DNA from: Zygnema circumcarinatum SAG 698-1b
Taxonomy: Eukaryota > Plantae > Zygnematophyceae
Direction: 5' to 3'
Length of the DNA stretch: 64,000 nt
Assembly (NCBI GenBank): GCA_037447605.1
Contig: CM074804.1
Span: 5,371,909 to 5,435,908 of the forward strand
Positions 13,241 through 26,150 of this stretch are shown here, in pieces. Position 1 is the stretch's first letter; each line of letters starts with the position of its first letter. The notes beneath the pieces were generated by a model. It ran no database searches, was not told the origin of the DNA, and saw only the letters and a list, made by a program, of their open reading frames with translations. The position numbers and the translations under genes were made by a program.

Positions 13241-13289
13241 TGGTGTTGGTCAAATTAATCACAGCTCCAACATACCAGGCTAAAAAAAG

Positions 13290-13620
13290 AATTTAATGAA
13301 AATGGGGTATAGTTGCCACGAGTCTGACGTTGCAACATCGCGCGTGCAGATTTGTTGTGCTTTTCGTTAGATCGAATGCGCAGAAAATGGGGTATATCGC
13401 GTAACCACACAGTCATTGCCAAGTGTCGTTTTCTACGTACAACAGCGTTCGGTTTGAATATTTTATGTGACGTACGTATTCGATTAGGTTGTCAAAGATG
13501 AATTTAAAAAAAATGGGTGTCATTGCAAGTCTGACATTGCCACATTCGCGCGACCTGATTGGTTGTACGTTTATTCAAATCAAATACCAAGAATTGGGTG
13601 TATCGCATACCCATTCAGCT
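13290..13620. repeat. Degenerate ~210 bp dimer with AAATGGG(G)T(A/G)T motifs
   Basis: Matching segments at 13299/13509 and 13384/13592 (spacing ~208-210 bp). Confidence 0.5.
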
Positions 13621-13728
13621 TATGTGTTCGATCAGTTTCCGTTTCAGTTCACTTCACATAATTAAGGTTCGAAGACATTTCTATAAAAAGGCAACGCACG
13701 AGGATCTTGATCCGCAGCCTGTTGTTAT

Positions 13729-16700
13729 TCAGAGCGGCAACGGAGTGCATGTGACCGCTTCCCGCGAGCCCACGATCTGCCAGTCGAAGAAGAGGTACTG
13801 CGCGCTCCTTGCCGCGGCATGCAGCTCCACCGCCAGCACGTTGGCGCCCGCCCGCAGCCACCCGCCCGCGAGGGCAGTGGTGCTCCAATCCCAACTTTCC
13901 CAGTTCGCATAAGTCGTCGCATTCACATTGCCTGTCGGCATACTGCTTGTACGCAGCACCTCTATGCCATTTATGTATACCACCTGCAGCAAGATGAATA
14001 TGCAAGCAAATCATCAAACCAATCAGGTCAAGCAGGTGCCACACGGCATCATAAAGAAATAAAAACTGGCATCAAGGGTTTCAATACCATCCGAAAATTG
14101 CTACGACTGCAAACCTTGTCCAGACTTCTTCATGAGGACATGGCATGAACAGCAAATGCTAAATAAGTACACAAAAAACCTATAGGCGTCTTCGATTTAG
14201 CTCAATAATGGAGTATGTCGCGTAGAAATAGATACCAGTCTAACATGTTTCCAAACACCCTTCTGATGCATATAACCTTTTAGATATTCAACACTTTGAG
14301 ACTCACAGCGCCATCTTTCGCCAACAGTTGGCTGGTCAGTCGAAAGTAGCATGCAGCATCTGGAACTTGAACCGTTCTGCGGAAATAGTACGTCCGCCGC
14401 CGGTCGCCCCCGGTCGGTCCCGGACTGAGCGTGGTCCTCTTCGCCCAGTACGCATCCCAAGCAAGCGGCGCGGGGCCTGCCCGCCACAGGACGGCAGAGA
14501 GGAGGGTCAGAGACTCCAAGGCTTCTCCGGCTCATCCAGCGGAGGAGTCGCCTGTTCTACGGGAGACCTTCTTCGTTAAAAGCTGTTGTCAGTTCCTAGG
14601 AAAGTAGAGACATTTGATAACTGACTTAGACACAACGTTTGAAACAGTCACAGGCATACATGGGTGGCCAAAAGGAAGACCTTTGTTTGCTTACATTGTC
14701 TCTTATCCCTTGTCACTAAGGGAAAGCAAGAAGTAAAAGGTGGATGGATCCTGAGGAAGTACCTGATGGCCATTTGCTTGAGTTGAAGGATGGCAACATC
14801 CAGTCAGACGTCGGCAGCGGTTGGCTCCCATCAATGTATTGCCAAACGTCAGATGCCTGCAATCCTCAATAAAGAAAAGTCAGCTAAAGCCCTCATCTAC
14901 AATCTTGCGAATTTTATTTCCTTGTCGCTCATTGCAAATCAGCAACATCGAGTGCTTCACTTCCAATTTCTACTTTTAAGTACTGAATTTTTAGATTTCC
15001 AAATCTCTATATTTTCTAAGCGGCTAGAACAGGGTGCTTCTGAAAGAGTCCACCTGCGGTCACAGCCTGCCACTTACAGGACTTATCATCTGGTCTACTT
15101 GGCGAACACAAGTGGAAGGTGCTCCTGGAAGTGCTGAGCAGGGCACAATGACGTTTCGAAACAGGTCCATGTCAAAGGCAGCTCTCCGAATCCAGCCCCA
15201 ACCTGCATGGAGCTCCACAGCGATCCAATTTGTGCCCACCTGCATGCCCGAGTGGTTGTAGTGTGATTCGATTGTAGCGAACTATACGGGCCGGTGCCAA
15301 CTCAATGATGCTCAATAGGAAGGTTTGGACCCTCGGGATACCTCAATGTATCTAAAAACTTGTGAAACGGCTTTACTTCATGTGCAGATACTATATGCGC
15401 TGTTTTCGGTCAAACCATTTCGTTCTTTGTCGAACGTGCCCATTTTGCCAGATCTTTTACTTGTCATGATTCCACTTCTCGGAATGCGGAATTTGGGTGA
15501 CTTTTGAAGTCACCTACATTATTTTCACAAGCATGACGGGGGAATAAGTTCCGTATCTCATTTGATGAAATTCATCACACTGTGTAGACTTTACCCTCAA
15601 AGGCGCGCTTGAATTGCGGAAGCACGACTGGCACTTGTTGTAATTCCAGGCCAGGTTCGACCCCGACGTGCCCGTCACTGACACGGGCCGGGTGGTGGAG
15701 TCGATGGCTCCCCACGGCATGGCCGACCGGGCAATCTCTATTCCATTTACGAAAACCACAGCTCCGTCCACCCTTCGAATATTGAAATCTGTCGCCGACA
15801 AATCCGCATGAGTTGGTTGAATCATTAGAATGAGGTGATTCATACTTGTTGCCGTTTGTCAAGCCATTACGATATTGTGCGTCTGACAGCTGACTGCCGA
15901 CAACATTGTCAGAGTCATACTGTCATATTCATACTGTCATATGTCATACTGTCATTGGCCCATTCTTGCTCTAGTGGATAGGCAAAAAATACATGTAATA
16001 ACATTAAGAAACCTTCGGTGGAGTATCTGAGAACCGGCGAAGCAGACAAACAAAAACAGCCATGGGGGAACAATTTGGCAACTTACCGAGACTGAAGGTC
16101 GCGTTGACATCCTCGCTGCTGAGTACGATCGCCTTGACGAAGTAGGCGGTCAGCCGGCCATTCATAGTGAATGGTTTGAGAGTTGTTCCGAACGTGTCCC
16201 AGGAGGGAGAGTCCAAGTTGAAGCCGAGAGGGCCCTGCCCTGTAGGCCAACTTGACACTTGGTTTCTGCAGGACACACGACAAAAGCTGGTGTTACTTCT
16301 CCGCCAAGTACAGGATTCAGGTCTAACATTTACTGCCTGCAACAAACGGCTCGTTTACGACTATTGCGAGCCAATTCAAACAGCTCAACTTCGCCTCATA
16401 GTCACAGGTGCGTCTGCACGAACTTGAATAGAGAGGCAGCCGGTGACAGAGAGCGAGAAACATCTTCTGAAGCTTCGGCAAGACGCTCATCTTCCTTTCG
16501 ACAAGATTACATGGCATGCTCATGACAGGTCGCAAAAAAGGAATCCCCATTCTCATCCCCAGTCTCCAGCAGCAGCAGGTAGCGAGGCGAGGCCCTGACC
16601 CCGTGCGCCAGGCGGGGTTGGCCGCGCCCAGGTCGACGCCGCTGTCGTTGTACGCCCAGCCGGTGGCGTTGCGCGGCCAGACCGCGCGGGGCGCCGTGGC

Positions 16701-19700
16701 GGGCCCCGCGGGGAGGCACGCGCCGCGGAAGCAGACGGCCCCGGCGGCCGCGCAGTCGAGCTGGTCCGCGCCGTTGTCCGCGCGCCCGTCGCAGTCGTCG
16801 TCGCGCCCGTTGCACCTGCCGACCGCGACCGCGACCGCGACCGCTGTCAGGAGGCGAGGCACGCGCGCTCACAGGGACAGACAGAGAGAGCCGAGGGAGC
16901 AGTCGCCAGGATGGACGCAAAGGCAGCAGGAGGAAAGGAGGCTTTTCGTCACGGTGGAGAGAGGGAGTGTTGGCAAACAAGGCGGCGGAATGGAATTTGA
17001 TTTGGAGTCGATGGAATGAGCACGACCGTGCAGTAATGCAGTAAGTAACACGAGACATGTTTTGAGGTCGGACTGGGAAAAGGGAGAAGTGTGCACTCCA
17101 GCCCAGGGAATGGCGTGCTTACACTTCAGGAGAGGCAGCAGGAGCGGTACAGTTCTGGAAGAAGCCGCTCCTGCATGTTTCCATACCGTTGCCACAAGCT
17201 GTCGTGCATGGTCGGGTCAGGAGCTGCCCAGTGGAGTCTTCGTCCACTTTACCTGCAGCCAAAACGCGTTCCAGAAAAGACAACCAGTCAATATTTCCCT
17301 GAAGTGAAGTATGCTCCTTGAGGTGGCAATGGTCCGACTCCTAATTTGTTATCAGTTAGAGAAATATTTCCGCGACGCTTTGAAGCCAGTTTCCATTCAG
17401 CATAGGACAATGGCGAAACAGGTCACAGATGGAAAATGAAGCCGAAGCACTGCGCACCATTGTTGTTGTTATCCACACCATCGCAGACCTCTGGAGTGAT
17501 GCTCGGACCAGAGCAGGACAGCCTGCATTGTGCATGCAGGGATTAGGACTGGCAGGTCTAGGTACAGCACCACTTCAACTAAGCATTCACCAATTATGCA
17601 CAACAACGCGCGACAAGCTCTTCGATGCCGCTTAGCATAAGCAAGGAAATTCAAATGCAGGATATTTACTGAATCCTTAGAAGCGGACTAGAGGCATACT
17701 TGCGAACGCCGGAAATACGCATGTCAAAGCTGGACTGCCAGGCCCAAAAGGCATAGACATGAACTTCCACTGCGATGGTGTTTACTCCTTCGACAAGATA
17801 ATATGACGTGTTCGGGAAGGGCACCCTGAAGGTTTGCCAGTTAAGAAGCGGGGACTGTGTCGAAGCCTGGCAATTTAAGAGATTGGAGGTCCATGAATGG
17901 GCAAAGGGCAGGTTGTTAACGATGGCTGTACTATGTCTGAATAGTCTGAGCACTACTGACTCATGTAGGTCGCTCTCTCTCGCGCTCTCTCTCTTTCTCT
18001 TTCCCTCTCACTCTCTCCTTTCTCTCAACACAAGTTCAGACAAGTTTCTGTAGAAATAGTTTTATCTGCAAAGCTTAGAGCCAGCATGACAGCGCGCTCA
18101 GGCTGGTGAAGTTCAAGTGCGCACCAATGTTGCGTTAGAAATAGGGCCAGCACCCAGGTTCGAGCGCAGCAGCTCGTTGTTGTTAAGGTAGATCACGATC
18201 CCGTCATCCACAATCACCTCAATGAGGAGAGCAGAGTAGCAGGCGGTATCGATGAGTTTGAACGACTGTCGAAAGTAGTATGTAACCAGCGTTGAATTTG
18301 TGGCTGGTAAGAATGTGGTGATCGATGGATCTCTCCCTGATCAGGAAAAGGGCCACATGTTCCTTTAGAGGCAGGGAGCTTGTTGAGGGGCGGGCTAGAT
18401 GAGAGAAGGTGGGACATGTCACGGCTGCTTGGCCATTCGTTTGGGAAGCTTACAGCTATTGAAGCCCAGAACGGCAGTGCCATTTTTCCAGTCCTTTGTG
18501 TTAAGCTGAGGGTTGAAGAACCGGGGTCGCAGTTCTCTGCCCGAGTCCTCATAGAGCCAGACACTTCCTCCCCAAAGGATGCTGCATTGGCTGAGGCCCC
18601 TCGAGCATGCCCGGCATCCGCAGGCATGTCAGGTTGATTGCCAGCAGCTTCACACAGTCATGATTCCTCATATCAGTTTCATTGGTGCTAAATGCGGCAG
18701 GAATGACCATCAAGCAAGTTCACTGAGCAAAGCTACTTAATCCTGTAATGTGACGAATGAATTTCTTTCGCAGCGGACCTGCAATTAACGACCTCGTATT
18801 TTTTAAAGGATGCATGCTCTTTAGATGATTTTTGCACACGACGATGGCGTGCAACCTGGTCTAGAACTTGCCTAGTTCCACAGACAGCGGAGCCGACGGC
18901 CGGCACAAGAGTAACTGTGCTCGTGAAGGCCGGGCTGAGGAGCAGCTGCGTTGCGGGCAGCAGGCTCGAGCTGCTGCTGCAGACATACGTGTACTGCGCG
19001 TTGGAGCTGCTGTTGGGGAAGGGCATACTGCAGTTGCACTGCCTGCACACGGCCATCGGTCCGAACGGTGGGCAACGCAGTATATCAGTGAAACGGCCCC
19101 ATCCCTTTGACAAGCTTCAGGTTATGAACCTGCGGAGTCTCTCTGCTTCCTTTCAGGAATTCTAAATGCAGCAATGCCTCGACGGCGGCGGAATCTCAAC
19201 AAAACATATCTGGTAGTATGACGAGTTACGATAGCATAGGCGTACCCGAGGAAAACAGAGCTCGAGTGCGGGACAGTCCACATGCGAGAGCCCATGGGCT
19301 GAAACTGCAACGTGAGACCTTGCCCACAGCCACCTACATCTCTGTAGCGCACCGTAATGCCCGCAGGAATGAAGGAAGGAACAGTGTTTGAAGGAATAAC
19401 TGTGATTTGGTAAGTGTACCCTGCCAACAGTACTGCATAGAAGTTGCGATTTGCGGGGATTTCATCGCGCTTGTTCAGGTTGCCATCGAGGGTCATGACC
19501 TGCCCGTCAATGACTCGCGTAATCTGCAACGAGCTGCACAGGCAGTTGTAGCAACGGCGTTTAGCACAGAACCCTCAATTCAGTCATGTGGTTCTCTGCA
19601 GAAGGTGAAAGTCAGTCCTTGGAAATAGCATGTGGTTACCTCCTGATGTTCATGCAATCGCCTAGACAATGCAAGAATTTTCCAGCCCGAGTTTGAGAAT

Positions 19701-22700
19701 ACGAGAGCTGCTTGGTGAGCATGCTGCGGTCTGTCTGATACCTGAAGTTCCCATGCACAAACTTGACATTGTTGGCGGTGCTGGTGAAGCCGGGCTCTGC
19801 ATAGCTGATGTGAATGCTGCGGTAGCAGGTGCCTGGACAGATGTAGGCGTTCCATAGGCTGTTGAGCCGGCAACCTTGCTTGCTAGGGGGCAGAATTTTC
19901 TCGTTGTTGGCTACGATATAGCCCGGAGATCCCATGATGGTGCCATCGGTGTCCCACAAAGTGTAGAACTGTGCCTGACCGCCTCCGTTGGAGGTGGTGT
20001 TCCATGGCTGCATGCGCCATCTCACGTGTCAGAATAGGTCTGTCAGAAATGAAGGTGAGCTGCAAGCGCCCTATGTTCAGCTTCGCCTTCCTCAAGGGTA
20101 TTGAATACACGTCCTTAAACCAACTCTCAAGCAAATCAAGTGCAGCACAGCGCGTTGGACAGAACGTTGAACAACAGTTTGTCAATGCAGTACATGGCCG
20201 GCTTACATTGTAGGAATAGTACTGAGGTGGAAGCCACAGAGCCTGGCTGTTTCCGGAAAATCGCAGACCCTGATCAGAAAAGTGGGAACAGTAGCATGTA
20301 AGTGCGCGATTAGCTGTACGATGAATGGCTTGAGAACAATCGTAGTTATGATTTAGGGCGACTACATTTCATCCTTTGTCGAGGTTCCTCATTACGCTGA
20401 CGCTTTCTTGACAAGCATGGCATCACATCACATTACGGAGGAGCGAAGCCCGCAGAGGCAGGGAAGAGGCGTGCACTTACTGTTGTGGAGTGCCCCGGAT
20501 TCCAAAAGTCACCACCGCCCACAGTCACGATTGCACTCGCAGTCCTGCAGCTCGGGTCATAGTTGCTGAAACTGCTCTCCACCAAGCGCCCAAGGGACAT
20601 CGAATCAGACGCATTTCGGCGCAACAATGCGGCAGCGGCAGAATGTCTTCAGCAGGAGAGTGCCAGAGGAGGCTGCTTACGATTGGCACGGCTCGGGCAA
20701 GGAAGACCTACCTTACATTTTGAATGGCATTGGGAAAAATGCTGCTATCACCGACTCGAGACTGATCTATCAAAACCCCAAAGGTAGGGGCGGAACGCAT
20801 GAAGCCTCCTGTAGATCGCCCTTGAATACCCCATTGGAGGGGCATGCTGGCCACACAGATTGGAACCACAGACGTCGTTAGAGAATGTCTCAGCTCTAAG
20901 CTTTGGTGTTAAGCAGAATATCCTGCCGCAGTCTGAGGCAGTGCTATGTTGTGACTTACGTGCAGCCGGTGACAGGGCGGCAGGGGGCCCACGCGTCGGA
21001 GCGCCAACACTCCTTGGGATTGCCGAAGTTGCTGCTGAGAGCCACCATGCGCGAGTCCCGAATGCTCACGGCCTCGTCTTGGTTAAGGAGCACGCCCCAT
21101 CCGTTGTCCGCAAAATCGCTGTTGCGGACTGTCAGATAGTCGGTGTTATGGATGAACAGCCTGCAAAACAAAGTTCACGAATACAGCAAAGTGTCAATGA
21201 GTCCGCAATCACCTTTTCATCATCCGATATTTAATCCAGAAGTCAGGGGCAACCCTACTGACAAGCACTTGTTTTTCACTTGGCCAATGGGAACATATGC
21301 ATTGCAATTGCACTCTCCAAGGTTGTACCATGCACAAGTATTTGACGACTTGTCTAGATAAGAAGCAAGTTAGGTGTGTGGAGAAAAATCGAATGCAAAT
21401 CCATTCGGCAGGAAGGGACATTACCCCATGTACGCATTCTTATAAATAGTGAGCCGATCAGCAGTTCCAGGAGCACCAGGAGTCACCTGCTAGCAAACAG
21501 GAAGCACCGGATGTGTCAGACGGTAAAGTCATGACTAAGCCAGAAATCCTCCTCAAGCTGACGTTCTTAAATAAAAAACATTTTTGCCAAGTTTTCTTCT
21601 GAACGTTTTTGACCTAAAGAAGATGGTAAGGGGTAGCAATGATTACCCCATCGGATTTCCGTGGTCTCAAACCATGCGGGTAAAAACGAAAGCCTATCAT
21701 TGAGCTGTGCGCCTGTCAATAACGCCAGGCTGTGAGTTATCGTTAAGGGAGGGCCGATTTACTTTATGCTTGAGGCAGATGGTTCGGTTAGTACCAGCTC
21801 GTGGAGATGTCACTAAACGTGTTCTGGGTGCTACAGCAAATCCTCAAGAATGACAAGAAGAATCTCCAAGTTGAAAGCCCCACTGCAGAAAACAATAATT
21901 TGCAGCTACATTCCTCTAATTCCACCCATACCCCCCCACTACTGCAGATCACAAACTATCAAACTGACTCACACTCACCACGTTGTTTAAAAAGGCCTTC
22001 AAACTTTGAGAAATTGGTTGAGTTGTGTTGATGCCAGGAATTGTGAGTGACATTCCCCGGACTCTATTTCGAAGCTCAATCCAAAACCTGTGAAAGAGCA
22101 CGGAAACCCCGATTTAGCCTCTCTGAAGAGTAAAGCTGCTTACTTCAACGGTTGACCATGCGTGCTCTCCGCCAAGTAGCAAGTATGCTGCATAACACAT
22201 ACAGCAACTTTTGCAGTTGCGATGTTACAAGAACAGGTGGAGAAGTCGCACCCGTTGCCCGCAGAGCCAGCAGCGACATTGCCAATCACGCTGTTTTTGG
22301 GGTTTGAAAACTGTGGGAGGCAGAAAAAGACGAACATAAGCTGTCTATCCTAAGAGCTCATTGATTTTTCGCCATGCAGTGAAGTCCAGAAACTCGACTT
22401 CTTTAAGCCACAAACTCGTGTGGACTACGAGCTAGGCATCATAGCATAATATCCTACAAAAATATCTCACACAGCGTAGACAAGCGTATCTCTTTCTTCA
22501 AAGACCAGGCATGGCCTTTGTCTTTACCCAGAAGGTGGATGGGTCGTTGTCTGTCTCATCTGAGGTTGGGGGGTTGGTGCCAGCCTGCATTATCATCCTG
22601 TCCACTGAACATCTCCGAAACTTAACAGCATAAGGGGAGCCTGTCAGGCAGACACTCATGCCAGACAGCAACAAGAGCGGGAGCTATCGAGTCATGAGAT

Positions 22701-25700
22701 TATCATCAAGGTTTCAGCAAGATCGACTGGCGGAAGTTCAGTCACATCAGACTGACATCATCGGCGAATGGAGAATAGAGCGTCATGCGACAAATAGCCT
22801 TGAGCACGAATAAAATGACAGGTAGACGCAGACCTTTGTTGGTGAGGATCCCCAAATTGCTGACAAAGGTGTTATCTATTTCTCCGCCTTCCTGAAAACC
22901 ATGCCACATGCCATGCCATGCAGTGAGGTTGAAGCCTCCCCAGCCATGCCGCGCGGCCCGCCCTGCCCTGCTGCAGTCCGGCGAGGGGAGGCCTGCAAAG
23001 GCAGGACCCGGCACCCACCTCGGTCATGAAGCAGTGGCCGCTGGTGTTGAACGCCACGTTGCTGTCCACAGTGATGTTGTGGGAGGCGTGGACGACGATG
23101 CACCTCTGCAGGGCAATCGTTATGGGAGTTACTGCAAGAGTGGATAACAGAGGGAGGAGGGAGGGACGGCGAGAGGGAGGGGTTGGGGAGAGAGAGTGGG
23201 GCAGAGGAAGGGGATCAGTGATAGGGACGAGTTGTCTCCCATAAAGACTTCAATATATCAGAGAAGTTTGCTTACCTGCTTGCTAGAGTTAATTGTGTTC
23301 TTTCGGCACACTGTTTCAGGAGAGCTTCCCACGACATGAAAGTGGATGCTGTACCGTCCCAATGTGCCTTGCTGCCCCATCTTCAAGAATTCGACACCCT
23401 CAATGAATTGTGGAGTGTTCGTCATGAACACAATGAAATGGCCGCCTGCACACGATTGCGCTTCTCCACTTGAGATGCAAGCACAGAGCAGCGCTGCACT
23501 CAGGCTAGTACAGCATGATTCGAGTTGTCATGATGAAGTTTCCAGCGGTATCTCTCAAAAGTCATTGGACACGTGCATGTAAAGCTTAAGCTTGGACTCA
23601 AAATCAGTGGAGGTTGTAAAAACTGATGATTGCGGCGACAGATTTTAACAGTTGATTGGTGAATGCAAGTAGTGCAGAGACCCTTCCAGAGAGCTTACCT
23701 TCATACTGGTTTGGAGAAGCTTCATCCTCGCCTGTGATAACAATGTTCCTTGAAAGAAGCGCCACCTCAGCTCGCTGGTCGACAAATCCTCCGACACCGT
23801 TGGAGATGCCGTTGGGCAGCCCATAATGCATAAACTGAAAAACTCCGTCGAGCGAGATGACTGCACCTGTCCCGTTGCGAAGCACTGCTTGGCCAACACC
23901 GCCCCAGCACCTCCGGTATTTGGGGACACTCCAAAGCACTAGCTAATTCTTTTCGAGGACTCAACGATCGTGATACAGAAGGACACAGATAGAAATGAAG
24001 TCACTCCCATAACAGGAAAGGAAAGAACATTCTTCAGAGATAAAAGCATTTGACGTCATCGTCTGCTGCCTTTTGACTCAAGTGTACACATACAATAGGT
24101 AGGATTTTCTAGATAATTGCGAATATGTTCGCAAGGCTATTTTTGCTTACCAAAATTATAAAAATATTCTCAAATATCCGGCAAGTCTTAGAAGTTCGGA
24201 ACCAATTTACTTCCCTCCATCATTTGAATTCGATTCAGTCGTTTTCTTACCGCTGGTAACTGTGAACGCTTCAGCCTGCGCCCGGTCGTAGTCTGTAGAT
24301 GCGACCACGATTCGTGCGCCGACCGGCCAGCTGCCTGCCACATTTGTATCCACGGAAATGCTGCTGTCGCCCACATTAGCAGTCTTGCTCAGCTTCACCC
24401 ACACCGGCATGCTCGCAGGTCCGGGCAGGCCATGGAGGTGCACTTGACCCCCCACCTGTGCAGCAAACGCAGCCACGTTCACCTCGTTAATTAGAGTTAG
24501 AACAGTCTCAACAGCTCGCCTTAGATTCTTGGAACTCGTCCGTTTCTGGTTCCTCCTTATGCCTCGTGATAGACTGACTCCGCTCCGGGATATTACAGAG
24601 CACGCTCACCACTGCAAACGCTTTGTGGCCCAAGTTCCGGGGGTTGAGTGGGTCGGCCGGTGCGAAGCTGGTGAAGAGGAGGGGCGCGCGGTTGTTGGGG
24701 TTCGGCGTGAGCTCGAAGGTGAGCTTCTGCGAGAACTGCTTCGCGGGCGTGCCCGCCAGCAGCTGCCCCTCCACGAGGATGAAGTTCGCCTTCACGTAGA
24801 TGCTCGGCAGCGAGGGGTGGTCCAGCACCCTGCGCAGCACCCAAGCAGCCAAGCAGCCATGAAGCCTCAAAGTGCGGTTTCTCGGATCCTGGCGGAGGCA
24901 GGCGGCGGGCAGCAAGCGGCGGCGGCGTACTTGAGGAGGCCCTGCACGCGCAGCAGGCCGAGGCTGAGGGCCGCCACGTCGAGCATCACGAGGCGCCCGC
25001 AGGGAATGCTCGCGTTCGCGAGCTCCGACACGCCGGGAATGCCGGGGACGATGCCGCCGGGCCACGTGCCGGGGTTGCTCCACAGCTCATATCCTGCACG
25101 CCCCAAACGGAATTGCGCGCTGCAGCTAAGGAGAGAACGCCTCACTTCTCTCAAGGTCACTAAAGCCCTGCTTCTAGGTGAGAAGGAAAGCGAGATCGAA
25201 AAAAGTAAGGCTAGTGGAGCAGCGCGAACTCACCCGTAGTGTTCGCAGGGGCCAGGGGAGGTGCAGGCCGATTCGGTGAAGGTGGGGGTCTGATGGAGGC
25301 GTTAGGGGAAGGAGATTCCGGGCACACCCACGAGCAGCTGCCTGCACTCTTCAGCGCTCTTAAGTTAGCGCTTCCACTTCACAGAGGGAAGGAGCTCATT
25401 CAAGTTCTGCTTTTAATTTTTTTAGTGCATTTTTATTGCTTGAGTTGTATACAGACGCGGTCTGAAAGCGGCTATGTATCGATTCCAGACGCCGGACGAA
25501 GCTGGGATGCGTTGACAAAGCAAGCAGCTGGCAAGCACAGCGGAGAAGAGGAGCAAAACGCTAACTCACTGGATTTAGGAGGTGGGGGGCGGGGCGGTGG
25601 AGGGAACGGCGAAAGCGGCGGAGGGGACTTCCCCGGCGGGGGACTGGCGGCCGCCTGCGGGTCGGCGAGGACACTGCACGGCGACGCGAACACGTCCGTG

Positions 25701-25774
25701 GCGAGGGCCGGCGCGCCTGCAACTGCCGCCACGTGGACCAGCGCCGTTGCGAGGAGCAGCAGGCGGCGCGCCAT
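13729..25774 (-). CDS. Secreted G8-domain / parallel beta-helix (TMEM2/CEMIP/fibrocystin-L-like) protein with two MopE-like repeats and three galactose-binding-like domains; about 25 or more exons
   Basis: In-phase GT-AG exons: 25570-25774 (signal peptide plus Pro-rich), 24931-25093 (WSNPGTWPGG), 24610-24829, 24251-24455 (G8: WPVGARIVVASTDY), ~23699-23884 (RAEVALLSRNIVITG), 23276-23445 (GQQGTLGRYSIHFH), 23019-23105 (RCIVVHASHN...GHCFMTE), 22834-22891, 22528-22604 (PSTFW), 22252-22310 (SNPKNSVIGNVAAGS), 21979-22087 (GFWIE), 21647-21712, 21425-21486, 20960-21160. Further exons at ~19640-20020 (WDTDGTIMGSPGYIV...WNAYIC), ~19220-19525, ~17670-18620 (domain 1), ~17456-17530, 17123-17252 and 16600-16815 (MopE-like), ~15100-16270 (domain 2), ~13729-14860 (domain 3; stop at 13729). 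Junctions at ~20100-20900 are unresolved. Confidence 0.85.
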
Positions 25775-26150
25775 GGCTGCCGGCCGGCGAGGAGCAGGAG
25801 GAGGAGGAGGAGGAGGAGGGCCGCTGGCTGGCGGGCAGGCTCAGTAGGGAGCAGGGCGCGGCGACGCGCTCCTCTGGGGCCGCCAACTGGGCCGCCGCCG
25901 CCGCCTGGTCGGTGGGCGAATGTGGGGCACCTCCAAAATGTTTTCTGTCTGCCCGAGGGACCTGTCCGGGCCATTGGGTCCCTCGAGGTGGAGGGCCAGC
26001 GAGGGAGCGGGCAGAGGGGAAACGTTCTTGGTGCCCGGCCGTTGACGGCGAAATCCTACTTCTGACAGATACTGCGGGTAGGTCGGTTTGACGGTGCGAG
26101 AGGCGCACCGACAAATGCCGGCGTGCGGGTCGCGCCTTTTCTCGGCAGCC

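Noticed and set aside
24529-25847. Long plus-strand ORFs (236 aa and 202 aa)
   Set aside because: Antisense shadows of GC-rich exons of the G8 gene with no recognisable motifs.
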